DNA of 64,000 nucleotides from Candidatus Spechtbacteria bacterium (GTDB lineage Bacteria; Patescibacteriota; Minisyncoccia; Spechtbacterales; JACPHP01): NCBI GenBank assembly GCA_016188605.1, contig JACPHP010000012.1, positions 149 to 64,148 of the forward strand, read 5' to 3'. Shown piece by piece: positions 56,714 to 64,000 of this stretch (position 1 is its first letter; each line of letters starts with the position of its first letter). The notes under the pieces were generated by a model. It saw only the letters and a program-made list of their open reading frames with translations, ran no database searches and was not told where the DNA came from. The position numbers and the translations under genes were made by a program.

Positions 56714-58609
56714 CTAGCCAGACTTAAACACCTTCATAAAAGTCTCGGCATCAATATTTACATGCCCCATCGCCTTCATGCGCTTCTTTCCTCTTTTTTG
56801 TTTTTCAAGTAGCTTTTTCTTGCGCGTGTAATCACCGCCGTACAAATAGCCAGTTACGTCCTTACTCATCGCTGACTTAGTCTCTCTCGCAATCACCTTT
56901 CCGCCAATAGTCGCTTGAATCGCGACTGCAAAATTTTCTGGATGAATAACCTCTTTAATTTTCTCCACAAGTTTTCGCCCATCTCTTTCAGCGCGAAGGC
57001 GAGGAATAATACGCGAAAACGCCTCAACTTTATCTCCCGCGAGCATTACATCTAGCTTCACAACATCTCCGGGCTGGTCGCCAATAACATCGTACGATAA
57101 CGACGCGTACCCAGAGCTGATACTCTTTAATTTGTCATAAAAGTCAGTAATAATTTCCGCGAGCGGAGCCTCGTAAGTGATACGAAGTGTTTGGCCGCCG
57201 AGAGTCTGCGTATCTTTGTAATCTCCTCTAATAGTTTGCAAAAGTTGCATCACGCCGCTTAAATATTCCGGCGGAGTCATAACTTCCATGCGCACCCACG
57301 GCTCCAGTGTCTCTACAATCTCCGTGGGATCGGGAAATTTGGCAGGTGTGTAGATAGTAATTATCTCGCCATTTTTCTTTTTTATTTGATAAATGACAGA
57401 AGGTGTGGTTACAACTATTTCTAGATTGTACTCGCGGCGCAAACGCTCAAGCACAATCTCCATATGCAGCATTCCCAAAAATCCGCACTTCCATCCACGG
57501 CCAAGCGCCTCTGAATACTCCTGTTCGTAGTAGAGCGCGGCATCGTTGAGCTTTAACTGCTCCAGCGCTTCTTTCATTTCATCAAACGCGCTTTCCTCGC
57601 CCGGAAAAATGCTGGAAAAAACCGCTGGCATCGGATCTTTGTATCCCGGCAAAGGTTCGTAAGCACGCAAGTCTTCCCGTTCATGCGTAATAGTATCACC
57701 GATTTTTGCGAGCGAAATCTCTTTGAGGCCGGTAGCAATGTAGCCAATTTCTCCGGCGCGAAGTTCCACAGACGGTATGGGAGCTGGTGAAAACGTGCCG
57801 ACTTCTTTAATCTCGCTCTCCTGACGAGAAACCATAAGATGCATTCGCTCGCGTGAATGAACGACGCCGTCTACCACGCGCACGTGCGCCACTACCCCTT
57901 TGTATGAGTCGTACATAGAATCAAACACCAACGCGCGCAAAGGTGCCCCAGCATCACCACCCGGTGCCGGCACCGAACGCACGACTTCATTTAGCAACTC
58001 CTCAACCCCCTCGCCGGTTTTAGCAGAAATACGAAAAATGCGATCGGGTAGTAAATTAAATGTTTCAAACACGTCAAGGATTTCACGTTCTACATCATCG
58101 GGGCGTGAATGAGGCAAGTCAATTTTGTTTATGGCGGGAATTATTGTTAGCCCCTGCGCGATTGCCACGCGAAGATTTGCTAGCGTTTGAGCTTGCACAC
58201 CCTTAGTGGCATCGACAAGCAAAATCGCGCCTTCCACCGCGGCAAGCGCGCGCGAAACTTCATAAGAGAAGTCCACATGCCCTGGCGTATCAATCAGGTT
58301 GAGTTCGTACTCATCAACGAATAACGAATCCTTTAACGAATTTACGAATTCTAAACTGTCTGTCATTCGTTTATTCGTAATCGATTCGCTATTCGTTGAT
58401 GAAACCGGTCGATATCGCATTCTAACAGGCTGCATTTTTATGGTAATCCCGCGCTCCTGCTCAAGCTCCATGGTGTCTAAATACTGCTCGTGCATCTTTC
58501 TTTTCTCCACGGTTCCAGTCAGCTCCAAAAGCCGGTCGGCTAAAGTCGATTTACCGTGATCCACGTGAGCTATAATTACGAAGTTTCTAATATGTTCCTG
58601 CATATACAT
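56714..58609 (-). CDS. lepA: Elongation factor 4 (LepA). It carries an in-frame insertion of about 30 aa between the G2 and G3 regions.
   Basis: Contains IIAHVDHGKSTLADR and YELNLIDTPGHVDF. The insertion (PVSSTNSESITNKRMTDSLEFVNSLKDSLFVDE) is encoded by the palindromic segment 58311-58402. Confidence 0.9.
   Translation of the reverse strand: MYMQEHIRNFVIIAHVDHGKSTLADRLLELTGTVEKRKMHEQYLDTMELEQERGITIKMQPVRMRYRPVSSTNSESITNKRMTDSLEFVNSLKDSLFVDEYELNLIDTPGHVDFSYEVSRALAAVEGAILLVDATKGVQAQTLANLRVAIAQGLTIIPAINKIDLPHSRPDDVEREILDVFETFNLLPDRIFRISAKTGEGVEELLNEVVRSVPAPGGDAGAPLRALVFDSMYDSYKGVVAHVRVVDGVVHSRERMHLMVSRQESEIKEVGTFSPAPIPSVELRAGEIGYIATGLKEISLAKIGDTITHEREDLRAYEPLPGYKDPMPAVFSSIFPGEESAFDEMKEALEQLKLNDAALYYEQEYSEALGRGWKCGFLGMLHMEIVLERLRREYNLEIVVTTPSVIYQIKKKNGEIITIYTPAKFPDPTEIVETLEPWVRMEVMTPPEYLSGVMQLLQTIRGDYKDTQTLGGQTLRITYEAPLAEIITDFYDKLKSISSGYASLSYDVIGDQPGDVVKLDVMLAGDKVEAFSRIIPRLRAERDGRKLVEKIKEVIHPENFAVAIQATIGGKVIARETKSAMSKDVTGYLYGGDYTRKKKLLEKQKRGKKRMKAMGHVNIDAETFMKVFKSG
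58311..58402. repeat. 92-nt palindromic ACGAAT-rich element inside the lepA coding sequence. Its arms are TCATCAACGAAT / ATTCGTTGATGA. A related copy overlaps the lepA start at 58608-58645.
   Basis: Seen directly. CATCAACGAATA(A/G)CGAATC occurs at 58313, at 58621, and inverted at 58390. Confidence 0.65.
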
Positions 58610-58738
58610 CAACGAATAGCGAATCGATTACGAATAAACGAATGACGCGTCAATAAGTGTATGCTACGGGAATTTCAGACAATAGAAAAGGGCAGACGTT
58701 TATGTCTGCCCTTCGCTCTTGCCCCGCAACTGCGGAGC

Positions 58739-59773
58739 TTAACCTCGGCAGGCGTTTTCGCCTGCCTCTTCCTCCTCACCAAACTCAACCTCCAACGTGA
58801 TAGTCACCTTGGTGACCGTGACTGTCACGGGCGCCACTACCGTGACCGTGATCACGGTAGTGGCTGTAAGCGGTTCTACCTCAGCGATCGGCGGAGGCGG
58901 CGCGTGGTCGTCGCTGCTGCCACCTTCCGTGACCAATGAAGGGGCATCATCGCCGCCTCCGCCCCTGGCCGACTCGGCCGAAGGCGCGGTTTGCGCTACC
59001 TCCTCTAGCGCTACCGCCACAACCGGCGACTCAACTGCCACGGGGAATTCACTCTCCCTGTAGGCAGGTCGGACACGACGCGGTGTCTCGGCGGGGAACA
59101 CTACTTCGTCGTCCTGCCGCTGCCGGCAATTCCGGCACACGTCAATCATGGCCAGGACGATGACCATGATGACTAAAAGAAGTAGAAGGATGGCGATAAT
59201 CTCCAACAGGAGAATCGCCACCCCCACAAACCAACCCGCATCCCAGAGGGAAAAGCCCCCCGCCGCAGCGACCAAAGCCGGAGTAACGGGCTGGTCCTCC
59301 GCCACAACATCAGCGGCGGCAGTGGCCACCACCGGTGATGGGTTCGGAAAGCGCCATACCCCTCCCGGCGGGTCATACAAGACCCCACGAGGTTCAGGCG
59401 CATCGCTTACGCCCGCTACACCTTGCTCCGAAGCCGTCGGAGCAACGGGGGTATCCGCCACAACATCAGCTGACACCCAGCTCGCCGGCAAACGGAGAAC
59501 CATCGTCGGCGGGAAGATCCAGTGACAATTGTCACTGGAGGCCAGACCGCGACCATTGGCCGCGGTCTCAATGCTCGCGGCATTAGTCGCGTATAGCTCG
59601 GGCCACCGGGTACCATCCCCGGTGTACTCCTCCGCCAACCCCCAGCACGTCATGCCGGGGACCACAACGATCTCTTCAGGACCCGCCGCCAGAGCGACGG
59701 ACCCACCGCTTGCAATCATGGCCAAAACGGCCATGAAAATAACTGTAAATCGACGCATTACACCCTCCTTCAT
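58739..59773 (-). CDS. Membrane protein with a LysM-like N-terminal domain, a central TM and Pro/Val/Thr-rich repeats. The gene is GC-rich (about 62%).
   Basis: It has a signal peptide. A LysM-like segment is IVVVPGMTCWGLAEEYTGDGTRWPELYATN...MVLRLP. SD GGAGAGG lies upstream. A terminator lies at 58668-58695. Confidence 0.45.
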   Translation of the reverse strand: MKEGVMRRFTVIFMAVLAMIASGGSVALAAGPEEIVVVPGMTCWGLAEEYTGDGTRWPELYATNAASIETAANGRGLASSDNCHWIFPPTMVLRLPASWVSADVVADTPVAPTASEQGVAGVSDAPEPRGVLYDPPGGVWRFPNPSPVVATAAADVVAEDQPVTPALVAAAGGFSLWDAGWFVGVAILLLEIIAILLLLLVIMVIVLAMIDVCRNCRQRQDDEVVFPAETPRRVRPAYRESEFPVAVESPVVAVALEEVAQTAPSAESARGGGGDDAPSLVTEGGSSDDHAPPPPIAEVEPLTATTVITVTVVAPVTVTVTKVTITLEVEFGEEEEAGENACRG

Positions 59774-59812
59774 CACTAAACCTCTCCTATCAGTGCATAA
59801 AAGTATAACAGA

Positions 59813-61471
59813 TTACTGATTTTTTGTCAAATTTAACGCACTAAAAAGTTTATTTTTGTAATCCTCGACAAATGTCCATTCCGGCGCGCGAAGCAAAAAA
59901 AGTCCTCCCAAGTAAACAAGTATGCCCGCAATCCCCGCTCCCAACCCCTGCGTAAACACTCCCCAAAATGTGGTTAGCGATATAAATGGCGCGAGAAGCA
60001 TCACTCGCAAAACAAAATACGCGACAAGTCCCGCAATTATAGAAACAAACACAATTCTTATAAACGCTAAAATTATTTCTCGTTTATACTCGCCCTCGTA
60101 TCTCGCAAAAAAAGCGCCAAACAAAAAAATAAGCGTAATAATTCCCGCAATAGCAAAAGCAAGTGGCAATCCCAACAAGGGAATATTTGCAAGATCACTA
60201 ACTCTAAATAATACGCCGAGTTGTGGCGCCATGCCATCTTGCAACGACACGAATACAAAAAATACGCTAAGCCCTATGTTTATTAAAATACCGCCGATGT
60301 TTATTGCTACTGGCGTTATAGTATTTTGCACCGCGTAAAACGCGCGCGCTATAACTGGGTTTAAACTATGAGCAAAAATACCAATACAAAAAATGCCGAG
60401 CACCGCGGCGGTAAGCCTTGTTTCCGTCCAACCAAACGCGCCGGCTCCAAGCGCCACTCGCACGACTTGCGCCCGTAAAACAAAAAGCAGCACGCTGGCG
60501 GGAAGCGCCCAAAACAAAACATGCCTAACCGAGAAAGCGAAGGTATCCAAAAACAATTTTTTATTCTTTCCTGAAGCCGCGTGCGAGAATGCCGGAAAAG
60601 TTGCGGTGGCATACGAGATGCCAATAATACCGATGACCATATATTGTAAATTGTCAGCCAAAGTAAAAATTGCCACGCTACCAGCGCCGAGCAAAGAAGC
60701 GATTGCGGTCGTTACAAGCACATTGACTTGCGAGGCGGCGAGGCCAATTGAACGCGGAATAATCAGCTTGGCTATTCTGATAAAATCAAATCCACGCGGA
60801 GTAAATACTCCTTGCCAGCGAAAACCAACTAGCCGCGCTGAAGGAATTTGTATCGCAAAATGAGCCGTAGCGCCCAGTACCACTCCCCATGCAAGTCCGG
60901 CAATGCCAAGTATCGGCACAAACATAAAGGCGCCAAAAATAATTCCAATGTTATAAAAAATCGGCGCAAACGCGTACGGCACAAAACGATTAAACGCTTG
61001 GTTCACGCCTGAAAGCATGGCGCTCATGCCAAGAAGCAACGGGCTTATTGCCATGATGCGCGAAAGCAAAATAGCGATTTCTCTTTTTTCTCCTATAAAT
61101 CCAGGCGCTATAAGCGACATTAACCACGGCATTATGATAATGCTTAAGATAGCAAACAAGGAAAGCAGTGCCGCCATGATGTTAAAAAAATTTGCCGCAA
61201 GTTTCCATGAATATTCTTCTTCTCTATGTCGCGCTTCAATAAATACCGGAATAAAAGCCGCGGCAACAGCGCCCGCGATTAAAATATTATAAATAAAATC
61301 AGGAATGCGAAACGCTGTAAAATAAACATCCAGAGTATCTCCAGCCCCAAACAAAGACACCAGTACGCGATCACGCACTAGCCCCAAAACACGGCTCGTA
61401 AAAGAAGCGATGACGAGAAGCATCGCGGCAGATTGAATTATGGCTCTGTGATTGGTTATTATAGATGGCAT
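59813..61471 (-). CDS. murJ: Lipid II flippase MurJ (MviN).
   Basis: Contains SRVLGLVRDRVLVSLFGAGDTLDVYFTAFRIPDF; it has 14 TM helices. Confidence 0.85.
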   Translation of the reverse strand: MPSIITNHRAIIQSAAMLLVIASFTSRVLGLVRDRVLVSLFGAGDTLDVYFTAFRIPDFIYNILIAGAVAAAFIPVFIEARHREEEYSWKLAANFFNIMAALLSLFAILSIIIMPWLMSLIAPGFIGEKREIAILLSRIMAISPLLLGMSAMLSGVNQAFNRFVPYAFAPIFYNIGIIFGAFMFVPILGIAGLAWGVVLGATAHFAIQIPSARLVGFRWQGVFTPRGFDFIRIAKLIIPRSIGLAASQVNVLVTTAIASLLGAGSVAIFTLADNLQYMVIGIIGISYATATFPAFSHAASGKNKKLFLDTFAFSVRHVLFWALPASVLLFVLRAQVVRVALGAGAFGWTETRLTAAVLGIFCIGIFAHSLNPVIARAFYAVQNTITPVAINIGGILINIGLSVFFVFVSLQDGMAPQLGVLFRVSDLANIPLLGLPLAFAIAGIITLIFLFGAFFARYEGEYKREIILAFIRIVFVSIIAGLVAYFVLRVMLLAPFISLTTFWGVFTQGLGAGIAGILVYLGGLFLLRAPEWTFVEDYKNKLFSALNLTKNQ

Positions 61472-61587
61472 TACGTGGCGATGCGCTGGCATGATAGGCA
61501 CGCCAGCGCATCTGTTATATTTCACTTAAGCTAAGTTGACCTGAACAGGACTTGCTCGTTTATTTATTCAAATTAAACAAAAATAGC

Positions 61588-61647
61588 TTGTCATCTCGAA
61601 GTCATAGCAATGACGAGAGATCTCTCGCGCCGCGCTCGAGATGACAA
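61588..61647. repeat. Nested palindrome (12-bp arms TTGTCATCTCGA / TCGAGATGACAA enclosing GAGAGATCTCTC).
   Basis: Seen directly between murJ and the DUF4012 gene. Confidence 0.55.
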
Positions 61648-61708
61648 AAATAAAAATGAAATGAATCTAGATTTGACGAAATACGCCAAAATCCCAAGCT
61701 CTAAGCCC

Positions 61709-63994
61709 CTACTTCTTCTCAATTACGCACCCAATGTGCCTATCACCATACAACGAATCCCGAAAAACGTTCAATGTCGCGCTGGTTGCTCCCTCTTCTG
61801 AACACCATACAAAATTACCCCATGCGCCAACATCAAACTTGAGATCAACGGAAGGAAAAATGCCCGCTTGCGCAAATTTGCTCAAAAAGTATGATGTCCG
61901 ATCCGTCATTTTTCGTGGAATCGTGTATTCTATTTCCACCGTCTGTACTTTTCCTGGCCTCACTATCATCCAATTACCAAATACCTGCATACTATTTTCC
62001 TGAAAAATATCGGTGCCGCTCGCGCTATCGCGCCTCGCGCCAAGCCCGGTTGACTCCACAAGCACATCGCCCTTAAAATCATTTGCCCGATAATCAAATT
62101 GTGAAATTTGCGGCGCCTCGGAAAATCCCTGCGCGCGCACGAGCTGCGACCCTAGCGGCGCGTAAAACCTCATATAATCAACATTTGGCTTATTATACCA
62201 ATCATACGGCGTGCTGCCTCCATTGTGCGAACGCGTCACGCGAATTACGCGATTGATAGAGCCGTCGTCTTGAACGGTTGTCGCTACCTCTTCTTTGGTT
62301 GTTGTAACCTTATCAGTTTTGTAACCCCCAATATTACTATAGACAACAGCAAAAAAGTCTTGTATCTCATTCGGCTTTGCGGCAAGAGGCGCTGTAACCT
62401 TGCCGCTCCATCCCTGATCGTTAAAAATTTTCTCAACCTCGTTATCGCGCGAATACATCATTATATCCTTTTGCTGAAGGCTTTGCGCTAAAGCATCTAA
62501 AATTTCCGGCGCGCGATCCGCAAACGCCATGTTGACCTTATCCATTAAAATAGGAGTCATGTCGGCTAAAACTTTTTTAGGCGCATTTTCTTTTTTGTCA
62601 TAATTTACTTCAACTTGTTGCTGAATGATGTCAGAAAAATTTTGCGCGCTTACCGTAAGATTGTATTGCGGCAAGCTGATTGGTCCGACTATGCGCAAAA
62701 GCCGCTCCACTACCGCGGGTGTTAACGCAATTACGCCATCTGGAGTTTCTCCGCCGGTCTTTTCATAAAACCACATAATTTTTTCCGCCGATGTCGGAAA
62801 ATCAAAAAACCAATTTGAATCATGCATAGACCATGCCGTTGAAACATACTCAATTGGCTTGGGTGGAATTATTTTAACTGTTAGTTGGCCGTCCGCATTG
62901 TAAATTCCATCAACAAATAAGCTGGTCATTTCTCCTTTAGACAGTTTCATAACGCCATACGTTCCGACGAATCCGCCCGTTGCGCGAATCTCCGCCGAGT
63001 TTTGAAAAATCACAAGATACGTTTTTGGATTATTGTCTCCCAAGAAAGTTAAAACGCCGTCAGAGTACGACGAAAGGGCGGTAAATAAACCCCGCATTGT
63101 CGCAATACGTTCTTTTGCTAAAAGGAATTGGTCGCGATATTCGGCTGGCAAATCGCTGGCGCTAACTTTGTCCATATATGTTTTAGCATCCGCGAGATCT
63201 TGTTGGGCAGACAAGGCAGACTCGCTTGCCTTAAGAATAACGGTTGAAAGCAGTGGGGCAGCAGACTCCTCTTTTGCCGTATCCATTGGCATTACGGAAG
63301 CGGTAAGCACGCCCGCGACGCTACTCAATCTCTCTCCAGCGCGAGAAAGTTTTGCGCCAGCTTGAATAAGATACACGCCGGAACGCGGCTTACTTTCAAA
63401 AGGAAGCATTGAAATTACCGCGACGAATCCCTTGCCCATACTGTTAATGCTTTGTTCGGCTTGGACAAACTGCTCGTATGCTTTGCTAAAACTTACCGCG
63501 GCTTCATTAAAACGAAAACCCTTTGCTGCTTCTTGCGCGTCGTTAAGAGTTGTGTATGCTTCCGTAGCGTCAGCCAATATGTCATCTTTCACGTTCATAC
63601 CGTTTGCCCACGCGCCTCCCGTAAGCACTAGGCACATCATCACAACACTAGAAACAATGAATCCCGATGAAGGAAAATGACGCTTTTGTTTTCGCGCGGT
63701 GGCTTTGTTATAAAAAGAAGCGCGATGATATTCTACGTTTTCTGAAATATTTTCGGGCGCGATAAAATTATGAGAGAAATACGCAAGCGCTTCTTGCTTT
63801 GCGTTCGACAGTTCAATATCTTGCCTAGCGCCAACAATGGACAAACTCTTTTCTGGCCTAAAAAAAGATTCTTCGGGCGCGCTATTTGTCCTTTCAATTC
63901 TATTAAAATTCGTCGGAGTTTGCCTCGCGTTGAATGTTTGTTGCGACCCATACCGCGATTCTTCTCTTTTTGCAATACTCCATACTTCACGCAA
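61709..63994 (-). CDS. DUF4012-like large membrane-anchored protein (761 aa).
   Basis: Contains YLVIFQNSAEIRATGGFVGTYGVMKL, characteristic of DUF4012. It has an N-terminal TM. The start lies near the window edge. Confidence 0.65.
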   Translation of the reverse strand: MREVWSIAKREESRYGSQQTFNARQTPTNFNRIERTNSAPEESFFRPEKSLSIVGARQDIELSNAKQEALAYFSHNFIAPENISENVEYHRASFYNKATARKQKRHFPSSGFIVSSVVMMCLVLTGGAWANGMNVKDDILADATEAYTTLNDAQEAAKGFRFNEAAVSFSKAYEQFVQAEQSINSMGKGFVAVISMLPFESKPRSGVYLIQAGAKLSRAGERLSSVAGVLTASVMPMDTAKEESAAPLLSTVILKASESALSAQQDLADAKTYMDKVSASDLPAEYRDQFLLAKERIATMRGLFTALSSYSDGVLTFLGDNNPKTYLVIFQNSAEIRATGGFVGTYGVMKLSKGEMTSLFVDGIYNADGQLTVKIIPPKPIEYVSTAWSMHDSNWFFDFPTSAEKIMWFYEKTGGETPDGVIALTPAVVERLLRIVGPISLPQYNLTVSAQNFSDIIQQQVEVNYDKKENAPKKVLADMTPILMDKVNMAFADRAPEILDALAQSLQQKDIMMYSRDNEVEKIFNDQGWSGKVTAPLAAKPNEIQDFFAVVYSNIGGYKTDKVTTTKEEVATTVQDDGSINRVIRVTRSHNGGSTPYDWYNKPNVDYMRFYAPLGSQLVRAQGFSEAPQISQFDYRANDFKGDVLVESTGLGARRDSASGTDIFQENSMQVFGNWMIVRPGKVQTVEIEYTIPRKMTDRTSYFLSKFAQAGIFPSVDLKFDVGAWGNFVWCSEEGATSATLNVFRDSLYGDRHIGCVIEKK

Positions 63995-64000
63995 TTTGGC

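Overview
This is a 64 kb window of a low-GC (about 42%) bacterial chromosome. Its gene content and architecture match a Candidate Phyla Radiation (Patescibacteria/Parcubacteria-like) genome; that assignment is inference from composition and gene repertoire. Coding features are listed first, then non-coding elements.

Coding features:
- Three very large Thr/Ala/Gly-rich secreted surface proteins.
- A reduced housekeeping set: clpB, lepA, prfB with its +1 frameshift, ftsEX, murJ, metK, a NifS/IscS desulfurase, galU, an rml-like sugar cluster, htrA and an ECF sigma factor.
- A roughly 1,690-aa secreted protein that combines a Zn-phospholipase-C/S1-P1 fold, a staphylococcal-nuclease domain, three lamin-tail domains and a beta-propeller.
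- A CDC48-like double-AAA ATPase that shares a perfect CIRCE operator with clpB.
- An orphan sensor kinase paired with an anchored substrate-binding protein.
- A RelE-like toxin/antitoxin pair.
- An IS200-like Y1 (RAYT-like) transposase with REP-like hairpins.
- A GxxExxY PD-(D/E)XK nuclease gene carried in a cassette bounded by inverted heptad-repeat arrays.
- Two GC-rich (above 60%) gene islands.

Non-coding features:
- tRNA-Gln, tRNA-Thr and tRNA-Gly genes; tRNA-Gly is followed by three tandem structured repeats of about 175 nt derived from a tRNA 3' half.
- A 20-nt duplicate of the tRNA-Gln 3' end that bounds a 1.6 kb islet of small membrane-protein genes.
- A tandem array of five hairpins with different stems but a conserved T-rich tail.
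- A family of about 115-140 bp heptad-repeat palindromic (MITE-like) elements.
- A 92-nt palindromic in-frame insertion in lepA.
- Three copies of a 31-bp repeat plus a C23 tract upstream of the sigma factor gene.
- Several perfect long palindromes.

No Cas genes, reverse transcriptase, integrase or rRNA were seen. All coordinates were derived by eye and may be off by 1-2 nt.
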